Source: Bdellovibrionales bacterium (GTDB lineage: Bacteria; Bdellovibrionota; Bdellovibrionia; Bdellovibrionales; UBA1609). Taken from it: a DNA stretch of 64,000 nucleotides. The stretch is taken from contig JBFWVI010000002.1 in NCBI GenBank assembly GCA_050246815.1, forward strand, positions 37,270 to 101,269. The letters run 5' to 3'. A model generated the notes under the pieces. It did not search any database, was not told the DNA's origin, and saw only the letters and a list, made by a program, of their open reading frames with translations. Numbering within the stretch: position 1 is the first letter of the stretch; each line of letters starts with the position of its first letter. The position numbers and the translations under genes are program-made. This document shows positions 37,185 to 47,015 of the stretch, one piece after another.

Positions 37185-38209
37185 TTTGTGGCGCTCTTTA
37201 ATGTCGTGGCCAAGGGGGGCCGCGTCGGTTTTTGGCCTGTTAAGGACTCTAAAAATGCCACGATTTGCTCAACTTCAACTTTAGAAAGTTGTCTGCCCAA
37301 TTGATAGCGTGCCATCACGTTGACCGCTTGGTCGAGGGTTTGGGCCGAGCCATCATGAAAGTAAGGTGCGGTCAAGGCGACGTTACGCAGGCTGGGCACG
37401 CGAAACACGTGCTTATCGCGTTCTTTTTTGGTGACATTGTAGCGCCCCAAATCGTTTTCGGTGATGGCGCGCTTTTGATCTTTGAAGTAGTTGCCCATCA
37501 CGCCCATCGTTTGGAACATATTGCCGCCAATGTTCATGCCTTGGTGGCAAGACACGCAGCCGAAAGATTTGAACTTGCGGTAGCCCTCGACCTCTTTTGC
37601 GCTCATCGCCGTTTTGTTGCCGCGCAGATATTGATCGAAGCGTGAGTTTGGCGTGATGAGTGATCGTTCAAAATGAGCGATTGCATCCTTGATGTGGGCG
37701 GGAGCGATTTCCGCCTGGTAAATATTCTTGAAAAGGAGCACATACTTTTCGTCGCTCCGCAATTTTTCAAGGACTTCAGACCACGTGCTGCCCATCTCTT
37801 TGGCATTGAGTACCGGGCCGTCGATTTGATCTTCAAGGGTATTGGCCCGGCCATCCCAAAATTGTTTAAAATTGAGGCTGCTGTTCAGAACGGTCGGAGT
37901 GTTAAGGCCGCCCAGTTGTCCATTAAAACCAACTGAAAACTGTTTGTGGTCTGCGCCACCCAATTCAAGCGCATGGCAGCTGGCACATGAGACACTATTA
38001 TTTTTTGACAGCCGCTGCTCATGAAAAAGAAGGTGGCCCAATTGGATTTTAGCCTGGTCCGCCCCTGGGGCCTGAAGTGGTAATGGTAAAATTGGCTCGC
38101 CGCTTAGCGGCGCGGCATCTTGTCCTCGCGCGACGGTGGGGGACAGCAAGAAAAAGGCGGGTATCAAAACTCTTTTTACAAATAAACTAATTTTGTAGTT
38201 TCCCATCAT
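37181..38209 (-). CDS. Di-heme cytochrome c peroxidase (CcpA/MauG superfamily)
   Basis: CASCH and CVSCH, NTPTVLN, QFWDGRA, FRVPSLRNVALTAPYFHDG; ATGA overlap with the kinase; start 38209 or 38206. Confidence 0.93.
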   Translation of the reverse strand: MMGNYKISLFVKRVLIPAFFLLSPTVARGQDAAPLSGEPILPLPLQAPGADQAKIQLGHLLFHEQRLSKNNSVSCASCHALELGGADHKQFSVGFNGQLGGLNTPTVLNSSLNFKQFWDGRANTLEDQIDGPVLNAKEMGSTWSEVLEKLRSDEKYVLLFKNIYQAEIAPAHIKDAIAHFERSLITPNSRFDQYLRGNKTAMSAKEVEGYRKFKSFGCVSCHQGMNIGGNMFQTMGVMGNYFKDQKRAITENDLGRYNVTKKERDKHVFRVPSLRNVALTAPYFHDGSAQTLDQAVNVMARYQLGRQLSKVEVEQIVAFLESLTGQKPTRPPLATTLKSATK

Positions 38210-38213
38210 GGAC

Positions 38214-38240
38214 TTATCGGCGCCTAGCCCTAGGTCTTGA
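38214..38240 (-). promoter_or_regulatory. Sigma28 (FliA)-type promoter
   Basis: Minus strand TCAA-N15-GCCGATAA directly upstream of the peroxidase start. Confidence 0.7.
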
Positions 38241-38342
38241 TGCATTTGAGCGATTGTGGCACTTAAACCATAAAGCTGTTCTACGCTGATACTTGTTTAG
38301 ACAGAATTAACAGAAGGTTAAATAGAACTTAACCAGATAGTT

Positions 38343-39449
38343 TCATTGCCTGTCGAGTCTGAATTCCCGTGGTGATTCAGGTACAGCGTCAAGCTTAAAG
38401 CCAAGTCGCCCGATTTCGCGGCCATCGCTTGTTTCAAGTGCGACCCGCCACTTTCCGGTGGTATAATTGGCTTTCACCGCGTAACCTCGAAAGCCCTCAT
38501 CACGGCCGCCCACGATTTTGATCGGGATCTTGTCTTGCACTTGCCAGCCATAACCCGGAACGTCCAAAGACCAAACCACGCGGACATTGTCCTTGAAATT
38601 GTCAGGCGAAAAGACCCTGAAAAAAGCCACTATTTTGTCGCCCGGCTGAGCGTAAAACCACTGATCTCCATTGTGCCAAAACCGCCACCAGGGCCTCTCA
38701 TGAGAGAGCTCAAACTTGCCGTCCGCGCTTTTTTGAACGGAGTGGTAGATCCCCACATATTGCAGGGACAAAGGTACAGGAGGAATAATCCCAATTAGAT
38801 ATGACAGTAAAAAGCCAATGAAAACAAAGAGCGCGGGCCGCAGGATCTGTGTGCGTGCCTTCATTTCATTGATGCCCCAACGCAAAGAAAGTCGATAAAG
38901 CGCAATTTCGGGCAGCACACCAGCCAGGATCGAAACCAAGAATACCAGCACACCACTTTGACCGATCAGCGTGGGCACCAGATAAGCGCCGTAACTCATC
39001 GTGCAAAGCGAGAGCAGGGCGAACTTGAAGCTAAGACCAAGACCTTGAAAGCGGGGAAATTCATTGCCAACCAGCAGGGCCACAATAAACAGCAAAAAGC
39101 CAAAGGAGGTCGACAAAGAACCGCTCAAAAAGAAGAACAGGGTGTACGAGCTTAAAAGGGATCCGAAAATAAAGTGCATGGCGGGCACTCGCCATTCCAG
39201 ATACCACTTCCAGCGCTGATGCAGGATTTTTTCGAGGGCCATCTCGTGCATCATCTGCGCCAGCATCACCGCGAGGATCAGCAGATATGCGGCTTGTTGC
39301 AGGATCGAAAAAAGAGAATCTATGCGTCCAAGGGTGAAAACATCAAAAAGAAATCCGCCAATGAAAAATCCGGCGGGCAGATATTTTTCGTACCTCGCCC
39401 ACATCCCCTTGATTTGGGCGACCGGGGAAGGCTGAGGCAGAGCTTCCAT
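38343..39449 (-). CDS. DUF2914 domain membrane protein
   Basis: GGFLFDVFTL.RID, IPPVPLSL, GGRDEGFRGY..K....GKWRV..ET.DGREIGR. Confidence 0.85.
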   Translation of the reverse strand: MEALPQPSPVAQIKGMWARYEKYLPAGFFIGGFLFDVFTLGRIDSLFSILQQAAYLLILAVMLAQMMHEMALEKILHQRWKWYLEWRVPAMHFIFGSLLSSYTLFFFLSGSLSTSFGFLLFIVALLVGNEFPRFQGLGLSFKFALLSLCTMSYGAYLVPTLIGQSGVLVFLVSILAGVLPEIALYRLSLRWGINEMKARTQILRPALFVFIGFLLSYLIGIIPPVPLSLQYVGIYHSVQKSADGKFELSHERPWWRFWHNGDQWFYAQPGDKIVAFFRVFSPDNFKDNVRVVWSLDVPGYGWQVQDKIPIKIVGGRDEGFRGYAVKANYTTGKWRVALETSDGREIGRLGFKLDAVPESPREFRLDRQ

Positions 39450-39472
39450 GCTCTGATATTAAAAAATTAGGA

Positions 39473-39655
39473 TCAGCGAATCAAGCCACGATACCGTGCG
39501 CGCATGTAGATAATTGCAATGCTGCAACCAAGCAGCACGACGCCAGCGACTTTGGCCACAGGTCCTGCGGCATGCAAGGACACGGCATAAAGTCCGAACG
39601 CAGCGCAGATGAAGGGTTTACCCTCATAGTAGAAAGAGCTCAAAAGGCGTTGCAT
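39473..39655 (-). CDS. Small two-TM membrane protein
   Basis: 60 aa, AAGGGGG RBS, FYYE.KPF, two hydrophobic segments, basic tail. Confidence 0.65.
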   Translation of the reverse strand: MQRLLSSFYYEGKPFICAAFGLYAVSLHAAGPVAKVAGVVLLGCSIAIIYMRARYRGLIR

Positions 39656-39856
39656 ATAGAATTCCCCCTTAAATATGCTTCTTCCGCGTTGATCAACAAC
39701 GGCCCTTTCGCGGTTCTCTTACTGGCAGTCTAATTGGTTGCCATCACAAGTGAAACCCGCAGTCTCAAAATGCGACGGGTCAAGACAACACTTTGGCAAC
39801 AATTGCTCAGGGCCTAAGCGAGCGACAAAAATGCGAACGGCGTACACCGCGCGATC

Positions 39857-40540
39857 TTAAGAAAGGGATCCCATGGTGTGCAAATCTGGTTGGGGGAATA
39901 ACTCGCGGTAAATCTTGTCGATCACTTGGCGCTTCAGAATCTGATCACGTGGAGTTGTCAGATACAGATTTCTAATTCGATTGGCGATCTGATTACGACC
40001 TTCACCTTCTGTTGAAAAATAGGCCTGTCTCAGCAGCATCATGGATGAGGCCCCGAGTAAGGGGCTTTGCCGCTCAATTAAATCTTGCGGAGGCAAAAAC
40101 TCGACACAACCACTTTGGTTTTGCGGCTCGCAAAAGCCCCGATAAAAACCCCAGGCGCCGCGAGCATGGGCCGCAGGCAAAGACGATGTCAAAGGATTGG
40201 GGCTTTTTTCACTGATCTTGCGCATCTTGTTGGCGAAAGCTTGATAGCGGACATCCTTTGGAACATGAGAAATTTGGCCACCGCCCAGAAGAGGTTGTAA
40301 AAAGCTGTTGGCCAGATATTTCAAAAATCCCTCGCCTTTTTCTTGAATGTCCAAGATGCAGTTGAGGGGTGGCGTGATCTTTCGTAAAAACTCTTTATGA
40401 TCTTGTGTGGCGTACTTTTGTGTGGCAACCAAGATTTCTTGTTCGTAACCTTGCAGGGCATCTTGATCGAAGCGGCACTGAATTTGAGGGTTGGGCGTGG
40501 CCATTGCAGCGGTCAAAGTCAGTGTGGCCAAAAATTTCAT
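39857..40540 (-). CDS. Secreted hypothetical protein
   Basis: Short signal-like N-terminus, AAAGGGGGG RBS, four Cys. Confidence 0.65.
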   Translation of the reverse strand: MKFLATLTLTAAMATPNPQIQCRFDQDALQGYEQEILVATQKYATQDHKEFLRKITPPLNCILDIQEKGEGFLKYLANSFLQPLLGGGQISHVPKDVRYQAFANKMRKISEKSPNPLTSSLPAAHARGAWGFYRGFCEPQNQSGCVEFLPPQDLIERQSPLLGASSMMLLRQAYFSTEGEGRNQIANRIRNLYLTTPRDQILKRQVIDKIYRELFPQPDLHTMGSLS

Positions 40541-40563
40541 CGAAGCCCCCCTTTCTTTTATTC

Positions 40564-41736
40564 TTACAATTTCGCCAGGATTTGAAAGGCTTGTTCCAGC
40601 TCATCGACGCTGTTGTAGACATGTGGTGATAGCCGCATTAAATGCTGTCCCTTCACCGGCGGAGTAGAAACCACCAGACCAAAATCGCGCTCCAGCCGAT
40701 CCATCAACCCATACCCTTCATGGGCCAATTTTTCGGGCAACTGCATGGCGAACAAGGGGCCCTGCAAGCCCGGACTAAGAGGAGTTAAAACAGGCCACCC
40801 CAATTTTTCAGCGAAGTGGGGCAGGGTTTTTTGCAATAGCGTCAGCTGGCCTTCAATGTCGGGCCGGTGCTTTTGCCAAAACTGCTCAAGGGTTTCAAGC
40901 GCGAAAAAGGGCGCAAACTCCACCGTGCTCGAGGTCAAAAATCGGCCGGCAAAACGTGAGCCGGGCGCAAAAGATAAAAACGGCCCCATGCTCTCATAGG
41001 TGGTCCAGCCGGTGTAGGCGGGGAACAGCTGCTCTTGCCAAACGGGATTCACCCAACCAAAACCTGTGCCTTTTGGGCCCATCAACCATTTGTGCACATT
41101 GCCGCCATAAAAGTCCACATCGCTCAAACGGCTGAAATCCAATGGCAGGGCTCCCGGGCCGTGGGCGCCGTCGATGGCGAAGACGATTTTTTTCGTGCGG
41201 CAGGCGGCCGCGATCTCTTCAATCGGCAGAATCATGCCATTGCCCGTGATAATGTGAGACAGCATTAAAAGCCGGGTGGTGGGTTTTAGCTCCTTGATGA
41301 TCAGCTCAGCTAGTTGCGGGCGGGTCAGAGTTTTTAAAGTTTCGGGCTTGAACGGCAATTCAAATTGACGCAGTTCCAGGCCCGAGGCTTCAGCCCGACG
41401 ACGGCAAATGTTCACGACGGCGCCATACTCCATATCTGAAATCAAAATTTCGCCGTGCGCGGGTAGCGGCACGCCTAGCAAAAATTCATTCATGGCCTGC
41501 GACACGTTGGCACGCAAAAACAAGTCTTCAGGGCGACACCTCAAAAGACGCGCCAAACTTTGTTGCGCCCGCCACATTCTTGGCCAAGCGCCGAATAAGT
41601 GGCGGGTCGGATTTTGTTCTGCGCTACGGATTTCGTTAAGCACGCAGTCCAAGACTACGGTAGGGGTGCGCGAAAGGGAGCCCGAATTCAGATAAATCAA
41701 GTTGCGTGCGGACGCGAACTGCGACTTGAAGTCCAT
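40564..41736 (-). CDS. Class V PLP aminotransferase (isopenicillin N epimerase / C-S lyase-like)
   Basis: YLNSGS, EYGA, IDGAHGPG, GNVHKWLMGPKG.G, RLSPHVYN. Confidence 0.9.
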   Translation of the reverse strand: MDFKSQFASARNLIYLNSGSLSRTPTVVLDCVLNEIRSAEQNPTRHLFGAWPRMWRAQQSLARLLRCRPEDLFLRANVSQAMNEFLLGVPLPAHGEILISDMEYGAVVNICRRRAEASGLELRQFELPFKPETLKTLTRPQLAELIIKELKPTTRLLMLSHIITGNGMILPIEEIAAACRTKKIVFAIDGAHGPGALPLDFSRLSDVDFYGGNVHKWLMGPKGTGFGWVNPVWQEQLFPAYTGWTTYESMGPFLSFAPGSRFAGRFLTSSTVEFAPFFALETLEQFWQKHRPDIEGQLTLLQKTLPHFAEKLGWPVLTPLSPGLQGPLFAMQLPEKLAHEGYGLMDRLERDFGLVVSTPPVKGQHLMRLSPHVYNSVDELEQAFQILAKL

Positions 41737-41746
41737 AATTTCACCT

Positions 41747-42634
41747 TTAGCTGGTCAAAACCAAATAGCTGCCTGCGATAGCCAATAGGATCGCGGCGAT
41801 ACGATGACGGGTCAACTTTTCCTTCAAAAACAGCGCGGCCATGATCACGATCAAAATGGTCGACAATTGATTGTAGATGGCGGCTTTGCCAGCCAAGGTG
41901 TATTTAAATCCCGCAAACCAAAACAAGGTAGCCAGAAACGGGCCTAAAAATGCACCAGGCAAGGTCACCAGCCATGCGCGACTGGGGCGAAATCCATGGA
42001 AGATGTGGCTACCGCGGCCGCGCACGGCGTAAAAGACAATCAAGGCCACAGTGCCAATCAAAAATCGATAGGCGGTCAACGTCAGCAGGGATTGACTCTG
42101 CAGCAGGTTTTTCAGCATGACCACGCAACAGGCCATTAAAAATTGCGCCAATAAAGCCAGGCCGATACCAACGAATAATTGGCGTTTAGGCACGGGCCGC
42201 AAATGCATGTCCATGTTCGCGGCCGCGATGGCCAAAAGCACCAGTCCTGCCCCCCAAAAGACTTGAGCCGGTAACCGCTCACCGAAAAAAACAAAAGCCA
42301 GCCCCATAACAAAGGGCATGTACAACACATCCACGATGGCTTGCAGGCTGGCGCCGATGCGATTGATGGCGGCAATAAACAGTGTGTCCCCAAGGGTGAT
42401 ACCAGCCACGGCGCTGATGACCACCAGCCACCACTCATGGGCTGTCAATTGCAGAGTGAGGGGTTCAGTTGAAACGACAATGCAGGCGAAAAAAAGCAGC
42501 ACGGCCACCACATTTTGAAACACCTTCAGTTGCACCGTGTTCAAATAGTGGCCCGAGAGCTTGAAAAAGATCACCGCGACTGACCAGGCGCAGGCCGTTA
42601 AAATGGCATAAATGTCGCCGCGATATTGTTCCAT
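41747..42634 (-). CDS. EamA/DMT transporter
   Basis: About ten TMs, two EamA repeats (FFGERL, FLKEKL). Confidence 0.9.
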   Translation of the reverse strand: MEQYRGDIYAILTACAWSVAVIFFKLSGHYLNTVQLKVFQNVVAVLLFFACIVVSTEPLTLQLTAHEWWLVVISAVAGITLGDTLFIAAINRIGASLQAIVDVLYMPFVMGLAFVFFGERLPAQVFWGAGLVLLAIAAANMDMHLRPVPKRQLFVGIGLALLAQFLMACCVVMLKNLLQSQSLLTLTAYRFLIGTVALIVFYAVRGRGSHIFHGFRPSRAWLVTLPGAFLGPFLATLFWFAGFKYTLAGKAAIYNQLSTILIVIMAALFLKEKLTRHRIAAILLAIAGSYLVLTS

Positions 42635-42680
42635 CCCAGAACTTGGTTTTTAGTCCAGAGTCAGTTAAAACACCATCACC

Positions 42681-43379
42681 ATGTGGTCACAAAAGCCGCC
42701 TTTACGAAAAATCGGAGCGCTGCAAGCCTTGGACTTCCCACAAGAGGGGCGCCCCACAGTCTTGATGCTGCACGGATACGGTGCCGATGCTTACGATTTG
42801 GCTTCGCTTCGTGAAGAGTTGACGGGCGCAGGGCCACTTAGATGGGTTTTCGCTCAAGGGCCCCGAGAAGTTGAAATCGGCCCCGGATATTGGGGGCGGG
42901 CTTGGTTTCCAATCGACATGGCCGCTCATGAGCAGGCCTTGATGAGTGGAAAGGAAATCAGCTATGCGGATCGCCGCCCAAGCGGAGTGACTGAGGCCCG
43001 CGACCAGGTGCTCAGCCATATCAAAGCCTTGGGCGTTGCACCCGAGCAAATGCTGCTAGGCGGATTTAGCCAAGGTGCGATGCTGGCGGTCGAGGTTGCG
43101 TTGAGTCTGCCCAAACCGCCGAAAGGGCTCATTTTGCTCTCGGGAACCCTTGCGGATCAAAACGGCCTGCGCCAGCGTGCGCCCGCTTTAAAAGGACTTA
43201 AATTCTTTCAAAGCCATGGTGAGCGCGATCCTGTACTGCCATTTTCGGGTGCCCTTGCGCTGCACGAAGAGTTGCTGAAGGCCGGTTGGGACGGCCCACT
43301 CAGTGCCTTCGGTGGTGGCCATGAAATTCCGCGCCCTGTGGTCCGAGATCTCAATCATTTTTTACGCACTATTTTTTAA
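42681..43379 (+). CDS. Phospholipase/carboxylesterase (alpha/beta hydrolase)
   Basis: LHGYGA, RAWF, GGFSQGA, HG..DPVL, GGHEI. Confidence 0.92.
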   Translation: MWSQKPPLRKIGALQALDFPQEGRPTVLMLHGYGADAYDLASLREELTGAGPLRWVFAQGPREVEIGPGYWGRAWFPIDMAAHEQALMSGKEISYADRRPSGVTEARDQVLSHIKALGVAPEQMLLGGFSQGAMLAVEVALSLPKPPKGLILLSGTLADQNGLRQRAPALKGLKFFQSHGERDPVLPFSGALALHEELLKAGWDGPLSAFGGGHEIPRPVVRDLNHFLRTIF

Positions 43380-43386
43380 ACTGCAA

Positions 43387-43689
43387 TCACCGGCACTCGT
43401 AAGCGATACCGGTCACGCTGGTTTGATTGTCAGAGTACTGTTTCACCACGACATAGTTGGCGCCTTTGTTGGCGGCCTCTTTTTTTAAATCCGCCAAAGC
43501 CTCTTCGGCCGTGCCCTTCATTGAGATGGTATTGCCCGTTATCTTTCCCAGCTCCACACATTTTTTGTCTGCGGGCTCGCGGCTGACTTGGACTTCTTTG
43601 ACCTGAGGGGTGACTGAACGCGAGGCACAGCCCACGCTGAAAACTCCGAGCAGCATTGCGCTGGCGGTGATCGCAGTTATTTGTCGCAT
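43387..43689 (-). CDS. DUF4156-like small lipoprotein
   Basis: Lipobox SVGC; C..LG.I.G, LK.EAA.KGANYV, G.AY.C. Confidence 0.8.
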   Translation of the reverse strand: MRQITAITASAMLLGVFSVGCASRSVTPQVKEVQVSREPADKKCVELGKITGNTISMKGTAEEALADLKKEAANKGANYVVVKQYSDNQTSVTGIAYECR

Positions 43690-43740
43690 AAAAACCTCAT
43701 TTAAAAAAGTTGAGGCAAGGCTAGCATGCCCATTTAAAAA

Positions 43741-44838
43741 CTAAAAGTGCATGTGAAGCTGCATGACAAAAGCCACGTCAGGAGCGTTGTGGACGTACAG
43801 GCCGTCGACGCGCGAATCTTGCTTGCCAAGGGCCCAATCTTCCACAATCAGCACGTTCAATTGATGGCCAGCGTTGCCGCGATAGCGAAAACCAATGCTT
43901 TGTGACCCTCGCCAATACACCAAGCTGTTCCAGCCAGAGGCCACGCGGTAGGCCACTTGGGACTTCGGGTCAATCGTGGTGTAATTGAAAGTCAGGTCGC
44001 CTTTGTTCATAATCGGCGATTCAAGACGTCCCTGCAGAATTATGCCCCAGTGCTCGAACCCCAAATCCATACTGAGCTCATACATCTGTGCGTCCCGGCG
44101 CATGGGCCAGTCTGAAAATAAATCGTTGCGGCCCAGCGCCGTGTAAGCCGCGGTGGCCCAGATGCCGCTATGGTGCCATAGAGGTGCGCCCAAATGGGCC
44201 AGCAAGGTGTAGTCATTGGTGCCGGAGCTCATGCCGCTGCGGGCTTTGTTCAATGGAAACTTCACCTGTGCACCCAAACTGAATCCGCAGTCGCAAGAGC
44301 CATTTTGCGAGCCACGCCATTGCCAAAGCCAATATTTGGTTTTCAATTTCAGATTGCCGACGGCGGTCCAACTATGATTCGTAAATTGATCTGTGCCGTT
44401 CGTTTCGACTTTGTACGAGCGGCCGAAATCATGATTGATGTTGCGCAAAAATCTTTCGCTGCCGATAAAAACGTGAAACTGGTCAATGAAGTCATCCATC
44501 GCGCCGCCGCCGCGACTGGCAAAAGGTGCCACTAAGCCAAGGGACCAGCGCTCAGAAAGCGCAAAGCCTAAATCGGTCACCACCGAGGTTTGTTCGTAAT
44601 CCGCTGCGTAAGTCAGAGTTTTGCCGGTGCGATTGTTGGTCAGGTCGAATTCGTCATTCCAGATATTGGCCTGACTCAGTTCCAGATTGAACCAGAGGTT
44701 GCCGCTCCAACCAGGGGTTTCGCCTACTGGAAGTGCGTGCATCCAGCCGATCGGGTGAGGCACATAAAAGGACGGCTTAGAGGCTTCGACCTTGAAGCAA
44801 AACAGCAGAAGTAAAAGCAAAAAAAGGCATCGTTCCAT
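43741..44838 (-). CDS. DUF3187-like outer-membrane beta-barrel protein
   Basis: Signal peptide, GGG.MDDFIDQFH, NAPDVAF, C-terminal F. Confidence 0.75.
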   Translation of the reverse strand: MERCLFLLLLLLFCFKVEASKPSFYVPHPIGWMHALPVGETPGWSGNLWFNLELSQANIWNDEFDLTNNRTGKTLTYAADYEQTSVVTDLGFALSERWSLGLVAPFASRGGGAMDDFIDQFHVFIGSERFLRNINHDFGRSYKVETNGTDQFTNHSWTAVGNLKLKTKYWLWQWRGSQNGSCDCGFSLGAQVKFPLNKARSGMSSGTNDYTLLAHLGAPLWHHSGIWATAAYTALGRNDLFSDWPMRRDAQMYELSMDLGFEHWGIILQGRLESPIMNKGDLTFNYTTIDPKSQVAYRVASGWNSLVYWRGSQSIGFRYRGNAGHQLNVLIVEDWALGKQDSRVDGLYVHNAPDVAFVMQLHMHF

Positions 44839-44889
44839 GACACTGCCTTTTCGGCTTTTGCGCTTGAAACACTGAGCGCGATCAAGGAT

Positions 44890-46002
44890 TTAAAGAGTGT
44901 CAAAGTCGATGTGAATATCGGGCGACGCGGGACGAGCCTGGCAGGTCAGGGTTTCACCTGCGGCAATATTTTCGTCCAGTAGAATGCCGGGATCGTTTTG
45001 GTAGACCCGGCCTCGCCGGACTTTGGCCACGCAAGCCATACAGTTGCCATCCAGGCACGAGTAGGGCGGGTTCGACCCGTTTTCAATCAGAGCCTCTAGT
45101 ACAGACTGATCGGGTGCGACTTGAATGCGAATGTCTTCGCCACTTAATGTGAATTGCACTTGAGCCGGGCCCTGAAGTTTGGGCGCGTCGGCCTGGCCGA
45201 TATAAACGCGGGTGCTTGGCGCGTCCGCGGCGGGAGCCGCCGTTGTGGTAAAACTTTCGATATGCACTTGGGCTTCACTCAGCCCCTGGCCCAGCAGACC
45301 GGCTTTTAAATTACTCATGAAACCGTCTGGGCCGCAAAGATAAGCTTCGCAGTTCTTGCGGTCCGTGGGCAGGGCATTTTTAAGCAAGGTGTCGAGCAGT
45401 TCGCCCTCGCACCGGCCCTTCAGGCCACTCCATCCCGCAGGTGGTTGTGAAAAAACATGCTGAATTTTCAAACGCTGTGGAAAACGATTTTGCCAGGCTT
45501 CAAGTTCTCTGGCGTAGATCACCAGGTCGGGGCTGCGATTGGCGAAAATCAAGCTGACCTGCGATTCGGGCTCTGTCATCAAAACGGTTTTTAAGATGGA
45601 ATAAATGGGCGTGATGCCGCTGCCGGCGGCGCACAAGACCCAGTGGTGCGGGCCTTTGCCGGTTGGTGGTCGAAAGAAATGCCCCGCCGGCGGTGCGACG
45701 CGAATAACATCGCCCACTTTCACTTTATCTAAAATAAAATTGGAGCCTTTGCCCCCGGCCACGCGTTTAATGGTCACTTTAAGCTCACGGTCCATGGCGG
45801 GTGATGAGCAAAGGGAGTAACTGCGAGGCACGATCTCGCCCTCGATAGATAAAAACAAAGTCAAAAATTGCCCGGCGTCGAAGTGAAATATTTTTTCGTT
45901 TTCTGGGGGCACTTGAAACACCAGCGAAACGGCTTCAGCGGTTTCGGCCACGCGCTGGTTCACTTTTAAGGGATAGGTCAGCTTTTCAAGATCAAAACTC
46001 AT
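44890..46002 (-). CDS. Ferredoxin-NAD(P) reductase with C-terminal 2Fe-2S domain (PaaE-like)
   Basis: GQFLT, RSYSLCS, AGSGITP, YLCGP, SCLDGNCMAC...TCQ. Confidence 0.92.
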   Translation of the reverse strand: MSFDLEKLTYPLKVNQRVAETAEAVSLVFQVPPENEKIFHFDAGQFLTLFLSIEGEIVPRSYSLCSSPAMDRELKVTIKRVAGGKGSNFILDKVKVGDVIRVAPPAGHFFRPPTGKGPHHWVLCAAGSGITPIYSILKTVLMTEPESQVSLIFANRSPDLVIYARELEAWQNRFPQRLKIQHVFSQPPAGWSGLKGRCEGELLDTLLKNALPTDRKNCEAYLCGPDGFMSNLKAGLLGQGLSEAQVHIESFTTTAAPAADAPSTRVYIGQADAPKLQGPAQVQFTLSGEDIRIQVAPDQSVLEALIENGSNPPYSCLDGNCMACVAKVRRGRVYQNDPGILLDENIAAGETLTCQARPASPDIHIDFDTL

Positions 46003-46838
46003 TTGGGTAAAACTCCATCAGCAGAGGTGTCGACTTGGCAATCGGCCACCCAATGGGCAGGGCCTGCCAGGCGTGGCCGGGCTTCGCTTAGATCCACGGT
46101 CAGCAAGCCGCCAGGCACTTGCACATGGATTTGGTTGGCTTTGCTTTTTAAGTGTTGCACGTAGGCTGCGGCCACGGCGCCGGTGCCGCAGGCCCGGGTG
46201 AAATCTTCCACTCCTCGTTCAAATGTCAGAGTCGAAATTTTTTGTCCATCATGTTCCACATAAAAAGTCACATTGGCGCCGGCCGCGCCAAATTCATTGT
46301 GGTGGCGCAATTCACGGGCTTCGCTACGCAAGACTTCGCGCTCTTTTAAGCTCTCTTGGCGAATCACGGCGTGAGGCACACCACTGTCAACCCACATCAC
46401 TTTGGTGCGGCCCGTGCTTAGTTTCACCTCTAAATTTTCTTTTTTTAAGGTCACTTTGGGCATTAAGACTTCAATCATGCCATTGTCTAAGCGGCGCACG
46501 CCAACCAATCCCGCCGCAGTTTCAAAGCGAAAATCTCGCCAGCCGCCGCACGTGCGCGCCGCCCAAAGGCCAGCGCAACGGGCCGCATTGCCGCACATTT
46601 CGGCGCTTGAGCCGTCTTGGTTATAAAAGTCCCAGGCAAAATCGGCGTCGCCACTGTCAGTAAAAAACAACATGCCGTCGGCTCCGATGCCCTCGTGGCG
46701 ATCGCACAGTTGTCGTGTTACCTCGGCGCGGGTGCGGCCTTTGAAGTGTGCGGGCCATTCGGCCGCAGCTTGAGGGGTGTGCAAGCCGACCAACAAAAAA
46801 TCATTGCCGGTTGCGGTGAGTTTACTGATCAGGATCAT
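45999..46838 (-). CDS. dapF: Diaminopimelate epimerase
   Basis: GNDF, GIGADG, EMCGNAARC, GVPH, ERGVE.FTRACGTGA. Confidence 0.95.
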   Translation of the reverse strand: MILISKLTATGNDFLLVGLHTPQAAAEWPAHFKGRTRAEVTRQLCDRHEGIGADGMLFFTDSGDADFAWDFYNQDGSSAEMCGNAARCAGLWAARTCGGWRDFRFETAAGLVGVRRLDNGMIEVLMPKVTLKKENLEVKLSTGRTKVMWVDSGVPHAVIRQESLKEREVLRSEARELRHHNEFGAAGANVTFYVEHDGQKISTLTFERGVEDFTRACGTGAVAAAYVQHLKSKANQIHVQVPGGLLTVDLSEARPRLAGPAHWVADCQVDTSADGVLPK

Positions 46839-46901
46839 TGCGCAGTGTTATCAAGAATCAGCTTATGACGCAATCCGCTCCAAGTTAGTGACGCGGCCCT
46901 G

Positions 46902-46945
46902 TTATCCACAGCTCTTTTAGGGTTTGGTTAAAATACTGTGGATAG
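46902..46945. promoter_or_regulatory. Inverted pair of DnaA-box-like sites
   Basis: TTATCCACA (46902-46910, consensus) and TGTGGATAG (46937-46945, one mismatch). Confidence 0.55.
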
Positions 46946-47015
46946 TGCGCAATAGCTGGACTTGGGGCTAGGGATACCGGCTAACCTTGTAAGGTCTTCA
47001 GGGACGGGGGGAATA

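Noticed and set aside
39794..39807. TGGCAACAATTGCT as a sigma54 promoter
   Set aside because: Spacing is 8 and there is no credible downstream gene on that strand
46839..47015. Possible oriC
   Set aside because: Only two good DnaA boxes, no obvious DUE repeats, no dnaA/dnaN/gidA nearby
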